From the NCBI RefSeq assembly GCF_001194135.2, contig NC_068986.1, positions 11,882,436 to 11,917,437 of the forward strand: 35,002 nt of DNA, in the 5' to 3' direction. The translations under genes and the position numbers were made by a program. This document shows positions 1 through 10,854 of this stretch, one piece after another; positions within the stretch are counted from its first letter, which is position 1; the number at the start of each line of letters is the position of its first letter. The stretch comes from Octopus bimaculoides (Eukaryota). Under the pieces are notes generated by a model. It was not told the DNA's origin, made no database searches, and saw only the letters and a list, made by a program, of their open reading frames with translations.

Positions 1-44
<44 letters not shown>

Positions 45-60
45 GTGTGTGTGTGTGTGT
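1..60. repeat. (TA)n/(TG)n microsatellite
   Basis: Pure TA run followed by a TG run. Confidence 0.95.
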
Positions 61-83
61 TTATATATGTTTATTTTCTCGTA

Positions 84-124
84 CTCCTTTCTGTTGAAGA
101 GCGTAGGCTCGAAACATAAAATAC
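84..124 (+). ncRNA. Degenerate minimal type I hammerhead ribozyme motif in a ~150 bp microsatellite-flanked (Penelope-like) repeat
   Basis: CTTT-CTGTTGA-A-GAGC(GTAG)GCTC-GAAAC-AT-A-AAATAC. Core CUGANGA has A6->U, stem II is a perfect 4 bp, GAAAC is intact, and stem III reads ACAT (ACGT expected). Stem I is TTT/AAA. Confidence 0.55.
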
Positions 125-469
125 TTTCTCACTTTCCTGAGCGTCAAACTAATACACCTGCTTGTTCATTCACCTGCCTTCGTCTTTTGTTGTTCTGTAA
201 ATTTCAACTATATATACATGTGTGTGTGTGTGTGTATGTATATATATTATATGTGCATAGTTATTTTTAATACAGAGATACTTCTAAAGGGATGTTATCA
301 TCCAAGCTTCGCCGGTTTAATCTTATATATCGATGTGAAAGTTCAACAGTCCATCCAGTATAGTATTCATAGTACTGGTGTTCATTGTCTAATTAGGCAG
401 CAATTAAGTATATTATGGAGTTTAATGATTAATGCATTTCGATATATCGGTATATTTCAACAATATATT

Positions 470-734
470 ATAAGGAGAAAATGAAGAGTTTTAACTGATA
501 AAAATTCAATTCATTTACATCTTTTCAAAATTCTCTGTTATCTACAACTGTTTCCATAGTTAACACACTCAATTACGAATTTTTAAATTGCATCTTGATA
601 TAGCGATTTTTTTCATTTTTAATCTATTAATTCGCGATTGAGTGTCTTAACTATGGAAACAGTTGTAGATTACAGAGAATTTTGAAAAAATGTAAATAAA
701 TTTAATCTGTTAAAACTCTCCATTTACTCCTTAT
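470..734. mobile_element. Foldback/MITE-like element with long imperfect inverted arms
   Basis: Arm 470-581 is the imperfect reverse complement of arm 629-734 (e.g. ATCTACAACTGTTTCCATAGTTAA / TTAACTATGGAAACAGTTGTAGAT), with a ~47 bp spacer. No clear TSD. Confidence 0.75.
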
Positions 735-924
735 GTTATAGATATATATTAAATCCAATACAAGGTAAATTGGGATGAAAACACCCAATCTTTCACTGGC
801 CCCCACTGATTAATACCCAAATTAGTGGAGAAAAACTTTACAATTTACACGGGTCTATATAAAATTTATGAAAATGAAAAGAAAATGGAAATATACTTTT
901 ATCAATTCAGAAATAATCTATATA

Positions 925-1082
925 CGACGGTCTTCCACCCAGTTTCCCTCTACAAAATTCACTCAGAAGGCATTGGTCGTCTCGGAGCTATCGTAGAACG
1001 CAGGTGCCCAAGGTGCCGCCCAGCAGAATTGAACTCAAAACCACATGGTTGCAAAGTGAGCTTCTTAACCACTCAGCCATGC
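925..1082 (-). mobile_element. tRNA-derived SINE, family A (5' part)
   Basis: Minus strand shows an A-box-like TGGCTGAGTGG, a B-box GAGTTCAATTC and GGCACCTTGGGCA. Similar to the copies at 3860-4198, 12130-12477 and 18290-18425. Confidence 0.8.
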
Positions 1083-1334
1083 AGTCAAAAAGATATCAAA
1101 ACGAGCGATTTTAATCAACTTCAGGCTAATCGTTGCACTCAGCCTTTGATGCTAATTAGGTTATGGCTTTATTATTAATTAAGCAGTCACTATTAAGATA
1201 AGGTAATTAGAGTAAGAGTATCCTGATTAGTAATTAAAGTGACGATGACTGGCGAGGGACTTATGGAAATGGGTGTGGGAGGTCTTAGTAGAGCCTTTAT
1301 CACTGCCACTGCGGTGTAGTGGGCAAGGACTGTG

Positions 1335-1530
1335 GTGATGGTGGTGGTGGTTGTGGTGGTGGTTGTGGTGGTGGTTGTGGTGNNNNNNNNNNNNNNNNNN
1401 NNNNNNNNNNNNNNNNNNNNNNNNNNNNNNNNNNNNNNNNNNNNNNNNNNNNNNNNNNNNNNNNNNNNNNNNNNNNNNNNNNNNNNNNNGGTGGTGGTGG
1501 TGGTGCTGCTGCTGCTGCTGCTAGCAGCGA
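1335..1530. repeat. (GGT)n to (GCT)n trinucleotide array spanning a gap
   Basis: GGT runs on both sides of the N-run, grading into GCT. Confidence 0.85.
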
Positions 1531-1609
1531 CGGTTGTCGTCGTTAGACAAGTCTATTCGATGCGAACTTTACCCCGATTTACCACTTCAGCTTTCTTACT
1601 CTTCCTGCG

Positions 1610-1815
1610 TCTCTCTCGCACTCTCTTTCCGCTTCCCCCCTCTCTCTCTCTGTTTCTCACTCTCTCTGTTTCTCTCTCTCTCTGTTTCTCTCTCTCTCTG
1701 TTTCTCTCTCTCTCACGCACGCGCTACATATATATGTATATATATATCTGTCTCTCGCCCTGTCTTCCTCTCTCCTTCTCTCTCCCACCCTCTTCCTTTC
1801 TCTCTCTCTCTCTCA
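1610..1815. repeat. Compound (CT)n/(TA)n microsatellite
   Basis: CT runs with GTTT interruptions, then a TA run. Confidence 0.85.
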
Positions 1816-1879
1816 ATTTAACGATGACGATTTAAGGATTATTCGGTGGTAATGCAATGTAGTATTGTCCCTAGTCCTC

Positions 1880-2116
1880 CGACTCATAAAGCTGGTTTCT
1901 GGTTTCCATGGCATTTAAGTAACTGTGATAACAAAATTCCCCTCGGAGGGGACGCCAGTCCTTCTAATTGTTACTCATTAGCGGCAGAATAGGCTGCAGC
2001 CAGGTGAAATGAGGTGCTTTGCTGAAGAATACAACACACCGCCCGGTCCGAGATTCGAAACGACAATCTTGTGATCGTGAATGCAACACCCTAACTAGTA
2101 AGCAACGCGCCTTCAC
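1880..2116 (-). mobile_element. tRNA-derived SINE, family C
   Basis: Minus strand begins GTGAAGGCGCGTTGCTTACTAGTTAGGG and has a B-box-like GTTTCGAATCTC. Body shares GTGAAATGAxGTG with 9210-9385. Confidence 0.7.
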
Positions 2117-2117
2117 G

Positions 2118-2245
2118 GTAGTGCAAAGTCATTAGCGTGACGGACAAAATGCTTAGCGGTATTTCTTCTGGTTCTTTATGTTTTGAGTTCACATACCGTC
2201 GGGATCGACTTCCCCTTACATCCTTTCTAGATAAAATAAAGTATT
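2118..2245 (+). mobile_element. tRNA-derived SINE, family B (diverged)
   Basis: AAATGCTTAGCGGTATTTC...TGAGTTCA...GATCGACTT matches the family B copies at 23366-23925. Confidence 0.75.
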
Positions 2246-2629
2246 AGTCAGATGTTGGGGTTTATAAAGATAGATTTCGCCCGACCCTACTACAAAAATG
2301 TTACAAAAAGCAGGAACAATTACACAAATCCATATTGTCGATGCTGTAATCACTCAACCAAGATGGCCGCCTTTTGTTGGTCTTTATGTAGACCTGACTT
2401 ACAAATCGTCGGCCGTTGTTCGCCAGACTAAGAAATTTGGCAAATTAGTTTATCAGATTGTGTAGAGAAGGCGACAGAGAAATAGTGTTTTAGTTTATCA
2501 GTTTCTGCTTGTTTACGCATCTTCAGCTGATAAGCATGTCATTAAAGCAATGATAAGGCGATAATAAACAACTAAGTCGACTAACGGTAAACATAACGGT
2601 GGTTCTGGTTCTCCAAGACTCTTGTACAT

Positions 2630-2823
2630 GTACATGTACACACACACACATACACACGCACGCACATAACACACACAAACACATACACTTATATATACAC
2701 ATACTTTCACACATGTACATGCACACAAACACACACACACATACACACAAACACACACAAACACACACACATACACACACACACATATATACACACATGC
2801 TTGCACACATGTACATGCACACA

Positions 2824-2869
<46 letters not shown>

Positions 2870-2880
2870 TTCTATTTCTC

Positions 2881-2913
<33 letters not shown>

Positions 2914-2918
2914 CTCTT

Positions 2919-2993
<75 letters not shown>

Positions 2994-3021
2994 CTCTTTC
3001 TCTCTCTCTCTCTTTCTCTCT
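2630..3021. repeat. (CA)n then (CT)n microsatellite running into a gap
   Basis: Direct reading. Explains the 455 aa and 362 aa artefactual ORFs. Confidence 0.95.
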
Positions 3022-3859
3022 NNNNNNNNNNNNNNNNNNNNNNNNNNNNNNNNNNNNNNNNNNNNNNNNNNNNNNNNNNNNNNNNNNNNNNNNNNNNNNN
3101 NNNNNNNNNNNNNNNNNNNNNNNNNNNNNNNNNNNNNNNNNNNNNNNNNNNNNNNNNNNNNNNNNNNNNNNNNNNNNNNNNNNNNNNNNNNNNNNNNNNN
3201 NNNNNNNNNNNNNNNNNNNNNNNNNNNNNNNNNNNNNNNNNNNNNNNNNNNNNNNNNNNNNNNNNNNNNNNNNNNNNNNNNNNNNNNNNNNNNNNNNNNN
3301 NNNNNNNNNNNNNNNNNNNNNNNNNNNNNNNNNNNNNNNNNNNNNNNNNNNNNNNNNNNNNNNNNNNNNNNNNNNNNNNNNNNNNNNNNNNNNNNNNNNN
3401 NNNNNNNNNNNNNNNNNNNNNNNNNNNNNNNNNNNNNNNNNNNNNNNNNNNNNNNNNNNNNNNNNNNNNNNNNNNNNNNNNNNNNNNNNNNNNNNNNNNN
3501 NNNNNNNNNNNNNNNNNNNNNNNNNNNNNNNNNNNNNNNNNNNNNNNNNNNNNNNNNNNNNNNNNNNNNNNNNNNNNNNNNNNNNNNNNNNNNNNNNNNN
3601 NNNNNNNNNNNNNNNNNNNNNNNNNNNNNNNNNNNNNNNNNNNNNNNNNNNNNNNNNNNNNNNNNNNNNNNNNNNNNNNNNNNNNNNNNNNNNNNNNNNN
3701 NNNNNNNNNNNNNNNNNNNNNNNNNNNNNNNNNNNNNNNNNNNNNNNNNNNNNNNNNNNNNNNNNNNNNNNNNNNNNNNNNNNNNNNNNNNNNNNNNNNN
3801 NNNNNNNNNNNNNNNNNNNATTTTTATATTTTTATTTTTCGTACATATTCTTTCATTCT

Positions 3860-4198
3860 TTTATTCTTTTATTTGTTTCAGTCATTTGAATGCGGCCATG
3901 CTAGAACACCACCTTCAGTCGAGCAAATCGAACTCAGGACTTATTATTTTTAAGCCTAATACTTAATCTATCGGGATCTTTTGCCGAACCGCTCGCTAAG
4001 TTACGGGGACGTAAACACACCAGCATCGGTTGTCAAGCGGACCTCCTTTCAGTTTCCGTCTACCAAATCCACTTACAAGGCTTTGGTCGGTCCGAGGCTA
4101 TAGTTGAAGACACTTGCCCAAGGTGCCACACAGTGGGACTGAACCCGTAACCATGTAGCTGGTAAGCAAGCTACTTACCAAACAGCCACTCCTGTGCC
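3860..4198 (-). mobile_element. tRNA-derived SINE, family A (long form)
   Basis: Minus strand GGCACAGGAGTGGCTGTTTGGTAAG...GGGTTCAGTCCC...GGCACCTTGGGCAAG. The 3' body is shared with 6055-6205 and 12130-12300. Confidence 0.85.
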
Positions 4199-4306
4199 TA
4201 TACATATATAAACACGTAGAAGAAAATTATTCTCCAATTTTGTTAAAAGTTTAAACTTAATGACCACATTCGCATTTCGACAGGCCTAAAATAATACACT
4301 ATAAAA

Positions 4307-4835
4307 TGCCCACGTTTGAAGCAGAATTGAAGGAATATTCATAAACTCATAATGCACAAACTCTGGCTCCAAAAATCACGGAGGTTAAAATTTCTACGAA
4401 TTAATCAAATTATTTATAGAACAGTGAACTCCAAGATAGATACATAGAAACCAACAACTTTTATGCCTACCCACAGCCTCTTGTGAACATCAAAGCTCAA
4501 GATAAACAAATTCTCTACACTAACAACACCATGATATTCCCGACTAATAACTTCACCTTCCAAATAAAAACAGGAAATATCCTAAGTAACAAGAACAGCA
4601 AGTAAAGAAACTGACCAGCTAAAACAAACCACCTAGTTACATCTTTTCGTGAACCCTTTAAAAATTTCATTACAAAAAAGTTGACACATGCAATTACTAA
4701 GTTTTTAAATACCGGACTAAACTTTGAACCTTTGAGCTGTACATTATCAAAGCAAATGACTAAATCCTATAAAAACCCAAATCAACTAAAACTACTAGTA
4801 CATCCTCTACCTACCTACACCCTTTCGTGAATTAC
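4307..4835 (+). pseudogene. Possible decayed reading frame of unknown (retroelement?) origin
   Basis: A/C-rich strand. One frame reads MPTFEAELKEYS*...NSELQDRYIETNNFYAYPQPLVNIKAQDKQILYTNNTMIF...K*...LVTSFREPFKNFITKKLTHAITKFLNTGLNFEPL with several stops. No motif recognised. Confidence 0.25.
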
Positions 4836-4906
4836 TAAAGAAAAAACAATCCCATGTACATACATACATACATACATACACACACACACATACATATATA
4901 TTTATG

Positions 4907-4945
<39 letters not shown>

Positions 4946-5397
4946 NNNNNNNNNNNNNNNNNNNNNNNNNNNNNNNNNNNNNNNNNNNNNNNNNNNNNNN
5001 NNNNNNNNNNNNNNNNNNNNNNNNNNNNNNNNNNNNNNNNNNNNNNNNNNNNNNNNNNNNNNNNNNNNNNNNNNNNNNNNNNNNNNNNNNNNNNNNNNNN
5101 NNNNNNNNNNNNNNNNNNNNNNNNNNNNNNNNNNNNNNNNNNNNNNNNNNNNNNNNNNNNNNNNNNNNNNNNNNNNNNNNNNNNNNNNNNNNNNNNNNNN
5201 NNNNNNNNNNNNNNNNNNNNNNNNNNNNNNNNNNNNNNNNNNNNNNNNNNNNNNNNNNNNNNNNNNNNNNNNNNNNNNNNNNNNNNNNNNNNNNNNNNNN
5301 NNNNNNNNNNNNNNNNNNNNNNNNNNNNNNNNNNNNNNNNNNNNNNNNNNNNNNNNNNNNNNNNNNNNNNNGGAGAAAAAGACAGAAAGTGAAAGAG

Positions 5398-5428
<31 letters not shown>

Positions 5429-5729
5429 TTGAGAGAGAGAGGGAAAGAGAGAGAGAGAGAATGGTGGGTGGTATAGAGGGATGAGAGATTTCTTAAAGCT
5501 GTTTTCCGTTTTCAATGATATTCTTTCTCTGTTCTCTTTTTCTTCTTTCTTTTCTCCGTCTGCCCCTTCGGCCTCGTTCTCCCCCGTCAATGTCACCTAA
5601 CCAAAAGAAATTCTTTCGTCTCCACACACACTAACTTAATGCTTCTGAGAATTCTAAAAGTCGCATAGACCAGTTTTGAGGTAAATTTCTCTTTGAATTT
5701 CTGATAAAAAAAAAAGCTTTCCTTCATGA

Positions 5730-5846
5730 CAGACGGTAAGGTATAGCAGCAGACGATAAGGTATAGCAGCAGACGATAAGGTATAGCAGCAAACGATAAG
5801 GTATAGCAGCAGACGATAAGGTATAGCAGCAGACGATAAGGTATAA
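5730..5846. repeat. 20 bp minisatellite, ~6 copies
   Basis: Unit GCAGACGATAAGGTATAGCA repeated nearly perfectly. Confidence 0.9.
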
Positions 5847-6054
5847 TGCAAGAAAGAAAGACAGGAAGAAAGAATGAAAGAAAGAGAGAATGAAGGAAAA
5901 GAGGAAAGAAAAGAAAAAAAGAAGGAAATAAGGAAAGAATGCAAGAAAGGAAAGAAAAATAAAGAAGGAAATAAAGAATGAAAAAAGAAAGAAAAGAAAA
6001 AAGAAAGAAGGAAAGGAAGAAATAAATAAATAGTCTAAGAGGAAATTTTTTATC

Positions 6055-6205
6055 GTTTATCTTTTACTTGTTTCATTAGACTGCGGCCATACTGGGGTAC
6101 CGACTCGAAGATCTTTAATCAAACGAATTAGACCCAATAGTTATTGCTGTGTTTTGAAGCCTGGTACTTATTCTATCGGTCTCTTTTTTACCGAACCGCT
6201 AAGAA
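6055..6205 (-). mobile_element. SINE family A, 3' fragment
   Basis: GACTGCGGCCAT...TACTTATTCTATCGGTCTCTTTT...CCGAACCGCTAAG is shared with 3870-4005. Confidence 0.75.
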
Positions 6206-6286
6206 CCGATAATGCGGTTTCTTGTAGAACCAAAGAGCAACTTTGAACCAATCGAATATTTTAATGTCCCACATTTGTGTAGCACA

Positions 6287-6347
<61 letters not shown>

Positions 6348-6785
6348 NNNNNNNNNNNNNNNNNNNNNNNNNNNNNNNNNNNNNNNNNNNNNNNNNNNNN
6401 NNNNNNNNNNNNNNNNNNNNNNNNNNNNNNNNNNNNNNNNNNNNNNNNNNNNNNNNNNNNNNNNNNNNNNNNNNNNNNNNNNNNNNNNNNNNNNNNNNNN
6501 NNNNNNNNNNNNNNNNNNNNNNNNNNNNNNNNNNNNNNNNNNNNNNNNNNNNNNNNNNNNNNNNNNNNNNNNNNNNNNNNNNNNNNNNNNNNNNNNNNNN
6601 NNNNNNNNNNNNNNNNNNNNNNNNNNNNNNNNNNNNNNNNNNNNNNNNNNNNNNNNNNNNNNNNNNNNNNNNNNNNNNNNNNNNNNNNNNNNNNNNNNNN
6701 NNNNNNNNNNNNNNNNNNNNNNNNNNNNNNNNNNNNNNNNNNNNNNNNNNNNNNNNNNNNNNNNNNNNNNNNNNNNNNNNNNNNN

Positions 6786-6819
<34 letters not shown>

Positions 6820-6854
6820 TGTGTAACGACATAAAAACAAATATTAATACAATG

Positions 6855-6992
6855 AGTGTGGCGAGCTGGCCGAATCGTTAGCACGCTGAGCAAAATACTT
6901 AGCAGCATTTCATCTGCCTTTACGCTTTGAGTTCAAATTCTGCCGAGGTCGGCTTTGCCTTTCATTCTTTTGGGGTCGATGAAAATAAGTAC
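6855..6992 (+). mobile_element. SINE family B
   Basis: GGCGAGCTGGCCGAATCGTTAGC...GAGTTCAAATTCTGCCGAGGTC...GGGGTCGAT. Confidence 0.85.
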
Positions 6993-7397
6993 AAGATGAG
7001 CATTGGGTTAAGTAATGCCTGTGGTTACGGCCAGTGGTTGTTTGGAGTCGAAATATTGGGTAGGATATTTCGGTTTTGTACACAGAAAACCAATCCTATG
7101 AGTATTTAGTGCCGAAGGGGCTTGTTCACGTTACACGTTACTTTGATTAGTACCTTGTTTGTATACTCTAGGGTGTCCGAACAATTCGTAAATTCCCTTG
7201 GTGTATTATAATCAAATGAATAAAAAACGGACGATGGATAGGTGTCAGCTTATTACAGCTGTTTCTTACGTAACTTTTATGAAGAATGAGAACATTACAT
7301 CATTATAAAAGACCGTAGTTATCAGATGAGAGTATAATTTTTATAGAACGAAGGGCAATCCCAGGAATGCAACATTAGATTATAATATGTGTGTGTT

Positions 7398-7445
<48 letters not shown>

Positions 7446-7448
<3 letters not shown>

Positions 7449-7665
7449 ATGGCATGCTGGCAGAATCGTTGGAACTTCGGATAACATGCTTAGCGGCATG
7501 TTCTTCCGACTCTTTATATTTTGAGTTCAATATCCTGGTGAGGTCAATTTTACCTTTAATCCCTTCGGGGTAGATGAAATAAATAAAGTACCAGTGAAGT
7601 ACTGGAGTCGTTGAGACCGATTTGCTTCTTTCCTTCAAAAATTTCTAGACTTGGAGCTTCCAACG
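7446..7665 (+). mobile_element. SINE family B
   Basis: GCTGGCAGAATCGTT...TGCTTAGCGGCA...GAGTTCAA...TTCGGGGTAGAT...AAATAAGTACCAG. Confidence 0.8.
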
Positions 7666-7751
7666 GGAAATGCTGAGATCTCGTCCTCTTATACACCGTG
7701 GAAACCAGGTATTCAGCTTCATGAATTCTGGGGCTCTAGAAAAAATGTATT

Positions 7752-7753
7752 CC

Positions 7754-7812
<59 letters not shown>

Positions 7813-7872
7813 GTCTGCCTGCCTGCCTGCCTGCCTGCCTGTCTGTCTGTCTGTCTGGCTGTCTCTCTGTGC

Positions 7873-7937
<65 letters not shown>

Positions 7938-7938
7938 C

Positions 7939-7984
<46 letters not shown>

Positions 7985-7985
7985 A
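7752..7985. repeat. (CTAT)n/(CTGC)n/(CTGT)n compound tetranucleotide array
   Basis: Direct reading. Confidence 0.95.
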
Positions 7986-8407
7986 GATGAATGTGCGCGT
8001 ATGTATGTATATATGCATGTATGTAACCACACATATACACATAACCGTGGGATGCGAGTTAAAGAACTATTCACAGGCAATCAGTAGCTGCTAGACAGAT
8101 AAATGGCGGTAGAGAGAGGTTTCGATGTTTGAGAAAATTAGAAAACGTAGAAGAAGAGATTATATGATAAGGAAATGACTCAATGAATGAAAGAATGAAG
8201 CGTTTGTTATTGTTGAAGGTATTATTTAAACCTGTCTTCATTTGACATTAGTGTTTTATTTCAATGTCAAGTGATTTGACTCCGACTTAACGACGAATTT
8301 TCAAACAACCACACCTTACGATGATTCACTCCAGATTAAAGTAAAACAACAACTACCACAAAAATTTTCATTTATTATATTTTAGGAATTTTATATTTTA
8401 TAAATAT

Positions 8408-8733
8408 CCATCCATCCATCCATCCATCCATCCATCCATCCATCCATCCATCCATCCATCCATCCATCCGTCCCTTTTCTCTGTCCACTATTGCCGGGAG
8501 GGTCATGGGAGTAGAGTCTTCAGGCACCTCATCCATAAGATCCTATTTGAAGCAACCATCATCGCACTTTCTTGATGGATTACCAACAGAGACCATGGAT
8601 ATCATCCAACCCTCTCGTTCTTGATCTACTCCCTCTGTCTCCTGCCGATTGGCTCGGTTTGGAGAATCCATCTTGCGATTGTTCCCCACGACATTCTAGT
8701 CACATATCTGTAACACCAGGGCCGTGACCTCTG
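8408..8733 (-). mobile_element. 5'-truncated RTE-clade LINE 3' end with (GGAT)n tail
   Basis: Minus translation RPWCYRYVTRMSWGTIARWILQTEPIGRRQR resembles the RTE RT C-terminus (RWYGHVxRM...GRRxRGRP). Ends in a tandem tetranucleotide tail at 8408-8468. Confidence 0.75.
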
Positions 8734-9209
8734 AAATATAAAGTTTATATTTGATAAAATTATATTGTATCTCAAGAGCGTCGTCATGTCAACAATAAAC
8801 ACATGTACTGGTTCTATTTCACTTCTTTGTTGGTTATTTGTCAATTGAGGTATTTAACCAATTTAATGGGTGACTGTTCGGTGAGTCAATCAGGTTTTTC
8901 AGAGTTCTTTTGTTACCATTCGCCACCCTCTACCTTCAATGATATGCTCTCTCTACTCTCAAGCCTGCTTCAGGTCTGTTATATGTTATAGTTTTTATAA
9001 GTTTATATATGTGTCAAGAAATATAGAAATTACTCTCCTATAGGGTCATCCGGATATAGGGCGCCTCAAAAGCGAGTCCCTTTTAGCACTTGCCTCGACG
9101 AATACGAGTGTATTACTTTCAGTTTGAAACTTTATAATAAAGAATGCAATGGTTTGGTAAACACAGCAGGAACTTCGGAACTTTGGTCTATTATGAATCC
9201 CAGGACTCC

Positions 9210-9385
9210 TAAGGCTGGAGCTTAACCCAGTTCCAATGGTGACTGAGATCCCAACACTTTCCTTGAACAGGACGCTAGTCCATCTCAGGGCTAATTTCCC
9301 AGGTATTGCTGGAACTAATTTTACAGCTGAGGGGACTGGAGCAACGTGAAATGAAGTGTTTTGTTCAAGAACACAATGCATCCCT
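9210..9385 (-). mobile_element. SINE family C fragment
   Basis: ACTGGAGCAACGTGAAATGAAGTGTTTTGTTCAAGAACACAA resembles 1990-2040. Confidence 0.65.
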
Positions 9386-9447
9386 TTCCAGTTCTATCTG
9401 GTTTCCAGTTGTATTTTATTCCGAATTATATTCTTCATTGTATCCTT

Positions 9448-9840
9448 TTTCGTAAGGCGTTAAGTTTGGGTTGCTGCTATTTCTCAATAGGCTCTATCAT
9501 GCATTTAAGCGTCCCAAGCATAAATCCCTCCACTAGAGTATTATATAAGTTTTATCATATATTTAAGCGTCCCAAACTTATATCCTACCAACAGAATACA
9601 ATATAGGCTCTATAAATGTATTTTAGCATCCTAAATTTGTTTCCTTCAGCAGAGCAATATATAAGTTCTACCATTTATTTAAGCGTCCCGCACTTATATC
9701 TCTCCATTAGAGTATTATATAGGCTCTAATAATGTACTTAAGCGTCCTAAACTTATATCCTTCCTGCAGTGTACTCTATTGGCTCTACCGTGTACTTAAG
9801 CATCTCAAACATATATTCCCCATCCCCAGGAGAGTATTCT
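9448..9840. repeat. Degenerate ~58 bp minisatellite (~7 units) with trimeric ~174 bp higher-order structure
   Basis: TAAGCGTCC/TAGCATC unit starts at 9506, 9564, 9623, 9680, 9739 and 9797. Confidence 0.8.
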
Positions 9841-10183
9841 TAAGGTATTTCCACTGACTTTTCAAGACAATTAATTCTCGCTGATATACGAAGTAGTCCT
9901 TTTGTCTTTGTTTCTATGTAAAAGAGGACAAACAAACAACACAACAATAGATATTCTTAAACTAACCACACCTAACTTATTAGGAATTGAAAGTAAAATA
10001 GCATAAGCAAACAAAAAGAAAAATATCACTCAGGCTTAATATGAATAGGAGTAACTAAAGGATTCGCAGGAATAAAATTTTCTGCATCCCCCAATATATT
10101 TGGAAACAATAAACTTAACTCGACCAACGCAAATAATATTACAAGAAATCCTAAAATGTAAACAGCTGCTACATGTTATGTAG

Positions 10184-10272
10184 TTCAACGAGCAGCAAAC
10201 TTATCGTCCACCAGCGGCTGACAAGATTTCGAAGTTACCTCAGTTTCAAGAAGTCTCCCACAGCATATTGAG
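10184..10272 (+). CDS. Candidate host-gene exon (unknown protein): FNEQQTYRPPAADKISKLPQFQEVSHSIL
   Basis: TAG acceptor (weak polypyrimidine tract), single open frame, GAG|GTAAAT donor. Phase-compatible with the next exon across a 67 nt intron. Confidence 0.35.
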
Positions 10273-10339
10273 GTAAATATTTGATAAATTTCTTTATAGC
10301 CTATATTTCAAATTCACTTTTCTCATGTCTTTCATTCAG

Positions 10340-10474
10340 AGACATATGTAGCCACAGCATCGACGACTACCTGCTTGAATCGTTGTGCGTTGTCGGAGAT
10401 GAAATACCTTGCTTAGATCAACTAAATATTGCAATGTTGAAATTCATGTCAGTTTATCTGTTGTATGAGTTCTG
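10340..10474 (+). CDS. Candidate host-gene exon (unknown protein): RDICSHSIDDYLLESLCVVGDEIPCLDQLNIAMLKFMSVYLLYEFW
   Basis: Strong acceptor TTTTCTCATGTCTTTCATTCAG|, 135 nt open frame, CTG|GTATGT donor. Confidence 0.4.
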
Positions 10475-10854
10475 GTATGTATTGAAGAAACGCTGGAGTT
10501 TATATGGTCCCAGTATAGTGCTCTGACGTTATGGATTTCATGCCGTTGCGATCATCAGGCGAGAACTGTCTCCATTCAGTGCACTGGAGCTGGTTCAGTT
10601 GTTTCTCTGTGGCAATCGCTTCCATCATCAGTTGATTTCTAATATTTCATTAAAGTCGCGTCTACAACAATCGCAACAACAACAGTAACAACAACAACAG
10701 CAAAAACTACTACCACCACCACCGCCACCACCACCNNNNNNNNNNNNNNNNNNNNNNNNNNNNNNNNNNNNNNNNNNNNNNNNNNNNNNNNNNNNNNNNN
10801 NNNNNNNNNNNNNNNNNNNNNNNNACTACTACTACTACTACTACTATTACTATC

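Noticed and set aside
276-362. Candidate exon after TTATTTTTAATACAG
   Set aside because: Two frames are open, there is no good donor, and neither peptide is recognisable.
925-1082. tRNA genes suggested by A/B boxes here and in other SINE heads
   Set aside because: No cloverleaf, and the heads continue into shared SINE bodies.
2599-3966. 455 aa ORF and similar long ORFs (4835-5596, 6188-6908, 19032-19868, 24318-25634, 30746-31408, 32327-33115)
   Set aside because: Open only because they run through N gaps and di- or hexanucleotide repeats (HT, SL, CV, VR dipeptides).
5486-5596. Minus-strand charged peptide (VTLTGENEAEGADGEKKEEKEN or DIDGGERGRRGRRRKERR)
   Set aside because: Derived from a purine-rich low-complexity tract, with no donor site or homology.
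5730-5846. CRISPR-like appearance of the 20 bp repeat
   Set aside because: Units are contiguous with no unique spacers, the context is eukaryotic, and there are no cas genes.
7254-7310. Minus-strand GAAACAGCTGTA, identical to stem III of the 25784 hammerhead
   Set aside because: No recognisable CUGANGA core or stem II in the right place, so it is kept only as a half-motif.
8733-8760. Strong minus-strand acceptor at the RTE 5' truncation (TTTCAG|AGG)
   Set aside because: AT-rich acceptor-like sequences arise by chance, and there is no evidence of exonisation.
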